Positions 16,803-25,235 of a DNA stretch of 32,000 bases are shown one piece after another. Made by a program: the position numbers and the translations under genes. The stretch comes from Anabaena sp. FACHB-1237 (lineage in GTDB: Bacteria; Cyanobacteriota; Cyanobacteriia; Cyanobacteriales; Nostocaceae): the NCBI RefSeq assembly GCF_014696225.1, contig NZ_JACJPV010000003.1, positions 104,190 to 136,189 of the forward strand, in the 5' to 3' direction. The notes below the pieces were generated by a model. The model saw nothing but the letters and a program-made list of their open reading frames with translations, had not been told where the DNA came from and made no database searches. Position 1 is the stretch's first letter; the number at the start of each line of letters is the position of its first letter.

Positions 16803-17897
16803 ATGAAAACCATACCTATTAGTAGATATAGATTTTTTCAAAAATTACAGCCTGTGAACTTATTAACTAAGATGGCTAATAAGTGTTTTACTGGTTGTTT
16901 GCAGGTATTTAGTGAGTTTGGTACGTGGTCAATATATATGGATAAAGGTAAAGTAATATATGCTGGTTATTCTGAAAAGATGTTTGAACCACTGTATAGA
17001 AATTTGCAAATTTTAAGTAAAAGAGTTGCGACAATTCCCCAGGGAATTAATGATAAGTTAAGAATAATTTTTGAAAAAAATAGGGAAAATTCTTCTATTG
17101 CGAACCCTGAATATTTAGCTATTTGCTGGTTAGTTAAGGAGAGGTATATTAGTGATTTACAATCTGCGATATTAATTGAACAATTAGCAATTGAAACTTT
17201 ACAATCTTTGTTAAAGTTAGAATATGGTAGTTATGAGTTTATTCCTGATACTTTTTTAGATAATTTACCTAAATTTTGCCATTTAGATTTAACATCTTTA
17301 TTAGATTATTGTCGTTATGGTGCCAAATTTAATCCAGAGGAGAGATATAATTCTCAATATAATATTTATGATCGTTATTATGATTCCGATGAAGGTAAAA
17401 AAGAACCAGTAGAGACATTTCAGGAGGAATTACCATCAGTAGATCAGATAGAATTAGATTATAAAGATGATCAAAGTCAAAGTCAACTTCAATTATTTAG
17501 TTATCAAAGTAATTACCAAAAAAGTGATAAGAAGAAATATTGTGTTTTTTGTGTAGATGAGAATTTACAAATGTTAAATAATATTCAAGATTTTTTGGAT
17601 GAACAAATATTTGCAGTGGTAAAATTTACTAATTCGTCTCAAGCATTAATGGAAATTTTAAATGTCAAACCGGATATGATTTTGTTAAATATTGCTATGA
17701 GGAATTTAGATGGTTATGAGGTTTGTTCATTATTAAGAAAAAATCCTAATTATCAGGATATACCTGTAATTTTAATGACAGAAAGAATGGGTTTAAGGAA
17801 TCGAGCGAAAGCGAAAATTGTCAAAGCTAATAGTTATTTAGAAACACCTTTTACTCAAGAAGATTTATTGAAGAAAGTTTTTGAGCATATTGTTTAG
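16803..17897 (+). CDS. PatA-like protein: N-terminal PATAN (DUF4388-type) domain + C-terminal CheY-like pseudo-receiver
   Basis: 364 aa. The N-terminus contains FTGCLQVFSEFGTWSIYMDKGKVIYA, a PATAN-like pattern. The C-terminal receiver fold is VFCVDEN...PDMILLNIAMRNLDGYE...PVILMTE...SYLETPF. The phospho-acceptor position is Asn and the conserved Lys position is Thr. Confidence 0.75.
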   Translation: MKTIPISRYRFFQKLQPVNLLTKMANKCFTGCLQVFSEFGTWSIYMDKGKVIYAGYSEKMFEPLYRNLQILSKRVATIPQGINDKLRIIFEKNRENSSIANPEYLAICWLVKERYISDLQSAILIEQLAIETLQSLLKLEYGSYEFIPDTFLDNLPKFCHLDLTSLLDYCRYGAKFNPEERYNSQYNIYDRYYDSDEGKKEPVETFQEELPSVDQIELDYKDDQSQSQLQLFSYQSNYQKSDKKKYCVFCVDENLQMLNNIQDFLDEQIFAVVKFTNSSQALMEILNVKPDMILLNIAMRNLDGYEVCSLLRKNPNYQDIPVILMTERMGLRNRAKAKIVKANSYLETPFTQEDLLKKVFEHIV

Positions 17898-17965
17898 AGG
17901 CGGTAATAAAATAAGTAGTAGTAGGGTACGTCAGATATGAAGAATCAATTTATTTGCAGTGCAGT

Positions 17966-18093
17966 GTAGCGCAAGCATCTTGCTTGCATTAATGTAAAAA
18001 AGTAGCGCAAGCATCTTGCTTGCATTAATGTAAAAAAGTAGCGCAAGCATCTTGCTTGTATTAATTATGGAAATTAAAAGCACAACAGCTTAG
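17966..18093. repeat. 36-nt tandem repeat (2 full units plus a third unit continuing into the dispersed 56-nt element)
   Basis: Units gtagcgcaagcatcttgcttgcattaatgtaaaaaa lie at 17966-18001 and 18002-18037, and a third starts at 18038. Each contains the hairpin gcaagca-tct-tgcttgc. Confidence 0.9.
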
Positions 18094-18196
18094 GATGCAT
18101 CAGATATTAATAATTAGTTTATATAATTTAGTTTATTTGCAGGATTGATGCAGTGTGAAGTACCTTACCAATGTACTATTGGTGTAGGTGATGATT

Positions 18197-18802
18197 CTAT
18201 AACCAGTGTTTAGGATAAGTTCGGCCTGGGGCTAAATTATTAAACACAAAAGTCCAAAAAACTGTAATAATAGAGCCTGCTAATACAGGAGTGAACAAAA
18301 ACTGCCAAGATGCATGACTCATTACTCCAACCAGTGCGACAGCGCCTCCTGGTGGATGAAGTGTTCTTGTTAACTTCATGAGTTTAATTGTAGTTGCAAC
18401 TGCTAAAGCCATTACCCAAGGAGCAGTACCGAAAAACCTGACACATAAAATAGAAATTGATGCTCCTAAAAAGTTTCCACCGAGTACGTTTCGGGGTTGT
18501 GCTAAAGGACTAGAGGGAGTGCCAAATACTAGAACCGCAGTTGCTCCCATAGGAGCAGCAATCATGGGATAATGGGTATAAACAGAAAGATAAGCTAAAA
18601 TTGAGATCCCCACAAAACTACCAAACCAAGATAGCAGAGTTTGAGGGTAGGAAAAATGAGGTTGATAGGCTATACCACGTTTTTGGGAGTTTCGTAGATA
18701 GACTCTAAATCGTTTATATCCTCTCAAGGTAAAAGTTTTGTGTAATTTTCTCAAGAGAGAGAGTTTTTCTAGCAGCACCTTGAAGCGGTTAATATTAGAC
18801 AT
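18197..18802 (-). CDS. HPP-family integral membrane protein
   Basis: 201 aa and multi-TM. It has the signature TLHPPGGAVAL (HPP motif). Confidence 0.8.
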   Translation of the reverse strand: MSNINRFKVLLEKLSLLRKLHKTFTLRGYKRFRVYLRNSQKRGIAYQPHFSYPQTLLSWFGSFVGISILAYLSVYTHYPMIAAPMGATAVLVFGTPSSPLAQPRNVLGGNFLGASISILCVRFFGTAPWVMALAVATTIKLMKLTRTLHPPGGAVALVGVMSHASWQFLFTPVLAGSIITVFWTFVFNNLAPGRTYPKHWL

Positions 18803-18841
18803 TTTGAATAGACCTCTTGAAGAAATATTGCAGCAAGAATT

Positions 18842-19582
18842 TTATGTTTTATGTGATAATAATTGATGGATGTGAACTACATTACCAATGATGGCGATCG
18901 CTGGTGCTGAAAAATTAGATGCTGCGATTTTATCAAGAATATTTCCTAATTCACCAATTAATTGTTCTTGTTGTGGAGTTGTTCCCCAACGTATTAAGGC
19001 GATGGGAGTTTGTAAGCTTAAACCTCCTAAATTTAATTGTTCAATAATGTAGGGTAAATTATGAATACCCATGTAGATAATAATAGTTTCTGAACCTTGA
19101 GCAAGTGCTGTCCATTTTACCGCAGGTTTGTATTTTCCTGCTGCTTCATGTCCCGTGACAAAAGTTACGGAAGAACTATATAAACGATGGGTTAAGGGAA
19201 TATAGGCATAAGCTGGAGCGGCGATGCCAGAAGTAATTCCAGGGACAATTTCTACGGGAATATTTGCTGCCATTAATTCTATCATTTCTTCGCCACCACG
19301 GCCAAAAATAAAGGGATCTCCTCCTTTAAGTCTGACAACTATATGATGTATTTGGGCTTTTTGAATTAATAATTGGGTGGTATCTTCTTGTAATAAGGAA
19401 TGTCTTCCCATGCGTTTACCGGCGTTAATTTTTTCTGCTTTTGGGTTGATCATTTGCAGAATTTCTGGACTAACTAAAGCATCATAAATTACCACATCAG
19501 CACAAGCAAGAAGACCATGACCTTTAATAGTCATTAGTCCAGGATCTCCAGGTCCTGCACCAACTAAATAAACTTTACCCAA
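18842..19582 (-). CDS. cobA: Uroporphyrinogen-III C-methyltransferase (SUMT)
   Basis: 246 aa. The N-terminus GKVYLVGAGPGDPGLMTIKG is the classical tetrapyrrole methylase motif. GGDPFIFGRGGEE is also present. Confidence 0.9.
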   Translation of the reverse strand: MGKVYLVGAGPGDPGLMTIKGHGLLACADVVIYDALVSPEILQMINPKAEKINAGKRMGRHSLLQEDTTQLLIQKAQIHHIVVRLKGGDPFIFGRGGEEMIELMAANIPVEIVPGITSGIAAPAYAYIPLTHRLYSSSVTFVTGHEAAGKYKPAVKWTALAQGSETIIIYMGIHNLPYIIEQLNLGGLSLQTPIALIRWGTTPQQEQLIGELGNILDKIAASNFSAPAIAIIGNVVHIHQLLSHKT

Positions 19583-20312
19583 GGGTTTTTTCCTCTTTAA
19601 TGATCTGGTAAATTAAGCCTGGGAATGTTTCCTGTTCTGCTAAGGTGTTAGCTAGTGGAAAACATACCTGGGGAAATTGTAATTTTAACTTTTCTACAGT
19701 AGCAGCGATGGCATCAGTAATACCACCTGGGAATAAAAAATATGGCAAAATAGCAATTTGACGATATCCACATTTGACTAACTTTTGTACTTGCAACTCT
19801 AAACTACCTTCGCGTCTCAAAAAAGCTGGAAACGCGCCTATATTTGCTGCTATATTTTCTACTAATATTTGAGAAGCCGCTAGACGACTACCATGAGCTA
19901 ATAATATATTAGCTTGACAATTGAGATGATTAATCATTTGCAAAAGTAAGTTTATGATTTCTGGATGACTACCTAAATATGGTCGTAATTCCAGAGTTAT
20001 TTGGCCATTAACAGCCCTTTGAGCTAAGTTTACCTCATTTGGGATATCTTGAGTAACATGGACTCCTGGCAATAAAAACAGGGGAATAATGATTAAATGT
20101 TGATCATTTTGTTGATCATGAGAAGTTTTGAGAGTATGGATAAAAGTTTGAATTTGTTGATGTAAAGGTTGAGAGTTTAATTCTAAAGTAGCTGTACCTA
20201 CTAAGTTTTTACCTGGAGATAGTTTATTAGCAACCCATTGAGCTAATTTTTGCATAGCAATATCTGGACGAGGATCATTACTTCCATGAGATACCAGTAA
20301 ATAAAATGCCAT
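19575..20312 (-). CDS. cbiX: CbiX/SirB-type sirohydrochlorin chelatase
   Basis: 245 aa. It has a two-lobed CbiX pattern (LLVSHGSNDPR ... LLAHGSR) plus LPYFLFPGG. It overlaps the cobA start by 8 nt. Confidence 0.8.
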   Translation of the reverse strand: MAFYLLVSHGSNDPRPDIAMQKLAQWVANKLSPGKNLVGTATLELNSQPLHQQIQTFIHTLKTSHDQQNDQHLIIIPLFLLPGVHVTQDIPNEVNLAQRAVNGQITLELRPYLGSHPEIINLLLQMINHLNCQANILLAHGSRLAASQILVENIAANIGAFPAFLRREGSLELQVQKLVKCGYRQIAILPYFLFPGGITDAIAATVEKLKLQFPQVCFPLANTLAEQETFPGLIYQIIKEEKTLG

Positions 20313-20527
20313 AGATAGAAGCCAGTGAAAGTTTTTGAATTATACAATAACTAAGTCATATTACTCGCTTATGCTATTGATAATAATTTGTAATGATAAC
20401 ATTTGTTAACTATTGTAAATTTTTGTGTTATTGTAACAGAGTACACAATAATAATTTTCTAGTTCACCAGCGTTACCATATTTCCGCAATTTGCAAATTT
20501 AATTTAAACACTCAAGGTTTACATATC

Positions 20528-21487
20528 ATGTCCATTACCATTGACTCAGCTCGCAGTATTTTCCCCAAAACTTTATCTGCGGACGCTGTACCAGCAACTA
20601 TCGCTAGATTTAAACAACTCAGTGCCGAGGATCAATTAGCATGGACTTGGTTTGCTTATTTAGAAATGGGTAAAACAATCACAATAGCTGCTCCTGGTGC
20701 TGCTAGTATGCAGTTTGCGGAACCAACGCTTAATCAAATTCGGAATATGACTTTTGCTGAACAGTCACAGGTGATGTGTGACTTAGCAAATAATGCTGAT
20801 ACACCGATTTGCCGCACCTACGCTGCTTGGTCTGCAAATATCAAATTAGGCTTTTGGTATCAACTTGGACAATGGATGGATCAAGGTATCGTTGCTCCTA
20901 TTCCAGCCAATTACCAACTTTCTGCTAACGCTGAAGCAGTTTTGCAAGCAGTTAGAGAACTAGATCAAGGTCAACAAATTACTGTTTTACGCAGTTCTGT
21001 AGTTGATATGGGTTATGATGTGAATAAGTTAGGCAATTACACTAGAGTTAGTGAGCCTGTTGTTGCACCCAAAGAAATATCACAACGCAGTAAAGTAACT
21101 ATTGAAGGTGTGAATAATTCAGTGGTATTAAGCTATATGAATAATATGAATGCCAATGATTTTGGTAGTCTAATTCAATTATTCGCAAATGATGGTGCTT
21201 TACAGCCTCCTTTTCAAAAACCTATTATTGGTAAAGATGCAATTCTGAGATTTTTCAAAGAAGAATGCCAAAACCTGAATTTACTTCCAGAACGGGGAGT
21301 TGTTGAAGCCGCAGAAGAGGGTTATACTCAGATAAAAGTTACTGGTAAGGTGCAAACTCCTTGGTTTGGTGCTGCGGTAGGAATGAATATGGCTTGGCGA
21401 TTTTTACTCAATCCAGAAGGTAAAATTTTCTTTGTAGCAATTGATTTATTAGCATCTCCCAAAGAACTTTTAAATCTGATTCGTTAA
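20528..21487 (+). CDS. ocp: Orange carotenoid protein (OCP1-type)
   Basis: 319 aa from the ATG at 20528. The sequence MSITIDSARSIFPKTLSADAVPATIARFKQLSAEDQLAWTWFAYLEMGKTITIAAPGAA ... KVQTPWFGAAVGMNMAWRFLLNPEGKIFFVAIDLLASPKELLN is near-collinear with the Synechocystis OCP as I remember it. The ORF-track extension to 20393 is rejected. Confidence 0.95.
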   Translation: MSITIDSARSIFPKTLSADAVPATIARFKQLSAEDQLAWTWFAYLEMGKTITIAAPGAASMQFAEPTLNQIRNMTFAEQSQVMCDLANNADTPICRTYAAWSANIKLGFWYQLGQWMDQGIVAPIPANYQLSANAEAVLQAVRELDQGQQITVLRSSVVDMGYDVNKLGNYTRVSEPVVAPKEISQRSKVTIEGVNNSVVLSYMNNMNANDFGSLIQLFANDGALQPPFQKPIIGKDAILRFFKEECQNLNLLPERGVVEAAEEGYTQIKVTGKVQTPWFGAAVGMNMAWRFLLNPEGKIFFVAIDLLASPKELLNLIR

Positions 21488-21519
21488 CATACTTTTTAGC
21501 AAGCTAAATAATTACTCAG

Positions 21520-21550
21520 GCGCTCTTTATTAGAGAGCGCTTTGTTTTTT
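21520..21550 (+). terminator. Intrinsic terminator after ocp
   Basis: gcgctct-ttattag-agagcgc (7-bp GC-rich stem) followed by tttgtttttt. Confidence 0.8.
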
Positions 21551-21580
21551 AAGTAGTTTTTTAAGTAGTTTTTTAAGTAA
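21545..21580. repeat. 12-nt tandem repeat (ttttttaagtag x3)
   Basis: Read directly between the ocp terminator and the frp start. Confidence 0.85.
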
Positions 21581-21599
21581 ATATTGGAGAGCAGTACAA

Positions 21600-21932
21600 G
21601 TGAATGAAGTAGAATGGTCTGATACGGAGAAAGAAATAGCAAAGGAAGCATTTAATAAAGCTTATGTTAGAGAAGTTAATAATTTGATTAAAGAAGTTCG
21701 TGAACTAGCAAATTCAATTTCTGAATTGAATCATTTATGGCAATTACACGATTTTTTAAGTGCCAGAAGGCACGAAATAGATGGTAAGTATGATTACCGT
21801 GACTCAGTGCTGATTTTTGTTTTTGCTAGACTGGTTAATGAAGGTTTGTTGGATATCAAGGAACTAGAAGGATTGAACAAAGATAAACTGATTAAAATAG
21901 CTGCTCTTGCACGTATGCAAAATTTTACTTGA
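21600..21932 (+). CDS. frp: Fluorescence recovery protein (FRP)
   Basis: 110 aa with a GTG start. LWQLHDFLSARRHEIDGKYDYRDSVLIFVFARLVNEGLL matches the conserved FRP core (LHDFLS..RHEIDGKYD.R.SV.IFVFA.L). It is immediately downstream of ocp, as in other cyanobacteria. Confidence 0.9.
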   Translation: MNEVEWSDTEKEIAKEAFNKAYVREVNNLIKEVRELANSISELNHLWQLHDFLSARRHEIDGKYDYRDSVLIFVFARLVNEGLLDIKELEGLNKDKLIKIAALARMQNFT

Positions 21933-22040
21933 TTAGCCTTGATTAGCATTAGCTATTTAGGGTGCGTTAAATTAGACTAATTCTATTTAACGTACCTTTT
22001 TAATATCACTAGAAGAGGTTAAGCTGAAAACAAATACGAT

Positions 22041-22070
22041 TGTTTAATTTTGTTTAATTTTGTTTAATTT
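22041..22070. repeat. 10-nt tandem repeat (tgtttaattt x3)
   Basis: Read directly, adjacent to the 3' end of the FkbM gene. Confidence 0.85.
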
Positions 22071-22080
22071 TTAATTTTTT

Positions 22081-22902
22081 TTACCAAGCATATAAGCCAA
22101 ATATATTAGTTCCGGTTAATTCTACTTCTTGTTCAACTTTAATATTTTCAAATCCCTTCTCTTTGAGTAAATTTGTCATTTTTTCTAACCGAAAATCAAT
22201 ATCATGTATTTCTATAAATATCTGTTTGATTTTTGGCCAGTCTTTTGTTTCAATTCCTGATATTACATCCATTTCAGCTTTTTCTACATCAATCTTTAAA
22301 AAGTCTATTTTCTCAATTTGATGTTCTTGAATAATTTGAGAAATGGTTGTTACTTGACAGTTGACTTCTTTTCCTTGAAAACCAGTGGTAAATTTATAAT
22401 TAACGAGGTATGAAGATAGGGATTTTGGTAGATAGGCGAACCAGCAAATAGGTGCAGGAAAATGTTTTAAATTCTGAATAGAAATTTCCTGTAGTTTATC
22501 TATCTCTTGTTTATCTAGAGGATATATTGTAGAACCAAAACTCATAGTTGGATAATAATTGAATTTGATATTTCCTGGTTTTGCAGAAAGTCCATAGGGG
22601 AACAATTTTATATTCTGAGAGTTTAATGTTTCTACATTCTTTTTTAAAACTTCATAAACATCTGGTATTGGTTCAAAGGAATAAATATTGATTTGATCGT
22701 CAAATTTGTCTGCTAACAATAATGTAAATAGTCCAATATTTGCACCAATATCAAAAACTGTATCTCCTGGTTTTATCTTAATCCCAGATTTTAAATAATT
22801 TTCTACTGTTTTGTCTAGTAAACGTGCTTCACCTTTTGATAAACAAAACACTTTTTTACCACTCTTTAAACGAGTTTCCTGTATTGAAGTTGATGCTGAC
22901 AT
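22081..22902 (-). CDS. FkbM-family SAM-dependent methyltransferase
   Basis: 273 aa. It has the SAM-binding motif VFDIGANIGLFT, and the pattern ..FEP.P.....L..N... is typical of the FkbM family. Confidence 0.75.
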   Translation of the reverse strand: MSASTSIQETRLKSGKKVFCLSKGEARLLDKTVENYLKSGIKIKPGDTVFDIGANIGLFTLLLADKFDDQINIYSFEPIPDVYEVLKKNVETLNSQNIKLFPYGLSAKPGNIKFNYYPTMSFGSTIYPLDKQEIDKLQEISIQNLKHFPAPICWFAYLPKSLSSYLVNYKFTTGFQGKEVNCQVTTISQIIQEHQIEKIDFLKIDVEKAEMDVISGIETKDWPKIKQIFIEIHDIDFRLEKMTNLLKEKGFENIKVEQEVELTGTNIFGLYAW

Positions 22903-23139
22903 AGTGCTTCTTGATCTTAAATATGGGCAATTATGGCAATTGTACTACATAAAACCATCAATGTCAAGTATTATTTATATGCTTATACCCCTACATTATT
23001 TAAGAAGTTGGGGATATTAAGGTCTATGAGTGAATTATTAATTACCACTATATACAATAAATGCTAACTAATGCACTCTTATAAACTGATTTGACGTGAT
23101 TTGACACAAAACGTTAGTGCGATAAAGATAGTTCTTCCT

Positions 23140-23179
23140 CATCATATAGTATGATATCAGATTTTTTGATATTTGTCAA
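23140..23179 (-). promoter_or_regulatory. Dispersed promoter + mini-ORF module, copy 4 (diverged), upstream of the FkbM gene
   Basis: On the minus strand: TTGACA (23179-23174), a 17-nt spacer, TATCAT (23156-23151), then ATGATGAGGAAGAACTATCTTTATCGC. Confidence 0.5.
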
Positions 23180-23258
23180 CAAGGGTGAAAATTTGGGCGC
23201 GATTTTTTTTATAGTTAATATCAAGCTACTTTTATAGTATCTGCCATTGAGTAACAGC

Positions 23259-24359
23259 CTATAACAAAGATAATTGATCACTGGGAGGTGTAAAACCTAA
23301 ATGTTTATAGGCAGCTTTTGTAGCAATTCTACCTCTAGGAGTGCGACTTAAATAGCCAATTTGCATTAAATACGGTTCATAGACTTCTTCTATGGTTTGG
23401 GTATCTTCTCCAGTAGTGGCCGCAATAGTTTCTAAACCTACAGGACCACCATTAAAATTCTCAATAATGACACTGAGCATTTTTCTATCAGTCCAGTCTA
23501 AACCACCTGGATCAACTTGAAACAGTTGTAATGCTTCTGATGCAACATTTTTATTGATTTCTTGGCATATTTTAACCTCCGCATAATCACGGACTCTTTT
23601 TAGTAGTCTATTCGCTATTCTTGGTGTTCCTCGTGAACGTTGAGCAATTTCCGTAGCACCATCTAAGCTAATAGATGTTTGCAGTAATTCCGCAGTACGT
23701 AATACTATTTGAGTTAATTCTTCAACTTCATAAAAGCGCAACTTTTGAATTAAGCCAAAGCGATCGCGCAATGGAGAGGTCAAAGCTCCGACGCGAGTTG
23801 TGGCTCCCACTAGGGTAAATTTAGAGAGGGGAATACTTCTTATTTTCGCTGTTGGACCTTTACCCACTGTAATATCTAAGCGGTAATCTTCCATTGCGGG
23901 ATAAAGAATCTCTTCTGTCATCCGTGATAACCGATGTATTTCATCTATAAATAAAATATCACCTGGTTGAAGATTAACTAATAAACCGACAATATCACGA
24001 GGACGTTCTAAAGCTGGTGCGCTGGTAATTTTGTAATTAACTCCCATTTCCGATGCTAAAATCATGGCCATAGTAGTTTTACCTAAACCTGGTGGTCCAT
24101 AAAGTAATAAATGATCGAGTGCATGATTTCGAGAACGTGCAGCTTTAATGGCAATATCTAATACATCTTTTAAATCTTTTTGTCCGATATAATCAGCGAA
24201 TTTTTGCGGACGAATACTTTCTTCTGGCTTTCCTTGTTCGTCAAAAGCTGCTTCTGACTGTAGAATTTTGTCGTTGACGGTTTTTTTCTCAAGTTCTGTA
24301 GTTAACTGTGGTTCTCTATTTGGTTCAGAAGGCTGTTTTTTCGAGGAAATAATGGCCAT
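23259..24359 (-). CDS. ruvB: Holliday junction branch migration DNA helicase RuvB
   Basis: Motifs are [13 protein letters not shown] (Walker A), [10 protein letters not shown] (Walker B), TLVGATTR, and [16 protein letters not shown]. The start is taken at the ATG at 24359; the ORF-track start at 24371 is a TTG. Confidence 0.95.
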   Translation of the reverse strand: MAIISSKKQPSEPNREPQLTTELEKKTVNDKILQSEAAFDEQGKPEESIRPQKFADYIGQKDLKDVLDIAIKAARSRNHALDHLLLYGPPGLGKTTMAMILASEMGVNYKITSAPALERPRDIVGLLVNLQPGDILFIDEIHRLSRMTEEILYPAMEDYRLDITVGKGPTAKIRSIPLSKFTLVGATTRVGALTSPLRDRFGLIQKLRFYEVEELTQIVLRTAELLQTSISLDGATEIAQRSRGTPRIANRLLKRVRDYAEVKICQEINKNVASEALQLFQVDPGGLDWTDRKMLSVIIENFNGGPVGLETIAATTGEDTQTIEEVYEPYLMQIGYLSRTPRGRIATKAAYKHLGFTPPSDQLSLL

Positions 24360-24663
24360 AATTATCAACAAGTAGAAAAAAGAAGCACCAAGGTTATTTT
24401 TACACTAATTATTCAGGTAAGTTTCAAATCGGTAATTAATATTTGCAATTAGTTGCAAAACTTTATAAATTTTCATGAGAACTGTGGTGAAAATTACATA
24501 AGTGTTTTCTACAACCCTTATAGAAATTTTCTATAGAATGTCTCTATAATACAGCACATTCTATCTACATGAGGAACAGGCAAGATGCCTGTGTTACAAG
24601 GGTTTTATCATTAACATCTGTACCTGATAATAACGGAAACTGCTGTAATTACCACCAAATGTT

Positions 24664-24916
24664 TATTAGAGATATGTTTTATTACTGGCACAGGTCAACA
24701 GACAAGAAATGATCAGTTAGAAGTAGAGTAGAAGTAGAAGTGGAGCGATCGCTGAATATTACCACAAAGCAAAACTCTAACATAGGTCTATTAGAGATAT
24801 GTTTTATTACTGGCACATTGGTAGGGGTGCGTCAACAGACAAGAAATGATCAGTTAGAAGTAGAGTAGAAGTAGAAGTGGAGCGATCGCTGAATATTACC
24901 ACAAAGCAAAACTCTA
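24664..24916. repeat. Direct tandem duplication of a ~116-nt unit (24664-24779 and 24789-24916; the second copy has a 12-nt insertion)
   Basis: Both copies read tattagagatatgttttattactggcaca...gtcaacagacaagaaatgatcagttagaagtagagtagaagtagaagtggagcgatcgctgaatattaccacaaagcaaaactcta. A degenerate third copy of the core lies at about 27321-27358. Confidence 0.9.
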
Positions 24917-25088
24917 CAGTTGTGGACTTATCAAATTTGGCGTTGCTGAATTGGGGTATGATGTTTATTCGCGTATCAGCGAAGCATTTGCGTGAGACGC
25001 AAAATTATATTGTACGGGTTTTAGGATTATACATATTAATGCGTAACTGCTTTAAGTTTTGATTTTGATAGATTGCGTTTTGATTGGT

Positions 25089-25157
25089 CTAGCTTATGCG
25101 ATAGAGATAGTTCTTCCTCATCAAGACTAGCATAACAGGTTTTTTCTATCTTGTCAA
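25089..25157 (-). promoter_or_regulatory. Dispersed promoter + mini-ORF module, copy 1, upstream (about 750 nt) of ruvB
   Basis: On the minus strand: TTGACA (25157-25152), a 17-nt spacer, TATGCT (25134-25129), 7 nt, then ATG AGG AAG AAC TAT CTC TAT CGC ATA AGC TAG (25121-25089). Confidence 0.55.
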
Positions 25158-25235
25158 GGGGTAAAAATGTTTGGGTGCTGGTTTTTTGGTGATAAATCAG
25201 AGTTTTTGGGTATTTTAAGATCAAGGAACTATCAA

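Noticed and set aside
20393-20527. 45-aa N-terminal extension of OCP suggested by the ORF track
   Set aside because: The extension (MITFVNYCKFLCYCNRV...) has no counterpart in OCPs. Canonical OCP N-termini begin MxFTIDSAR, which matches the ATG at 20528.
17966-24916. Possible CRISPR arrays at the 36-nt tandem repeat (17966-18093) and the 116-nt duplication (24664-24916)
   Set aside because: The 36-nt units are directly abutting, with no unique spacers. The 116-nt repeat is a two-copy duplication with a 9-nt junction. Neither shows the repeat-spacer periodicity of CRISPR, and there are no cas genes nearby.
25089-25135. Hammerhead-ribozyme-like CUGAUGAG, or a LexA box, within the conserved transcribed block of the dispersed module (cuugaugaggaagaacuaucu)
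   Set aside because: Only a partial UGAUGAG string is present, without the GAAA/cleavage-site core or helices of a hammerhead. AGAAC alone does not fit the cyanobacterial LexA box pattern RGTACNNNDGTWCB as I recall it.
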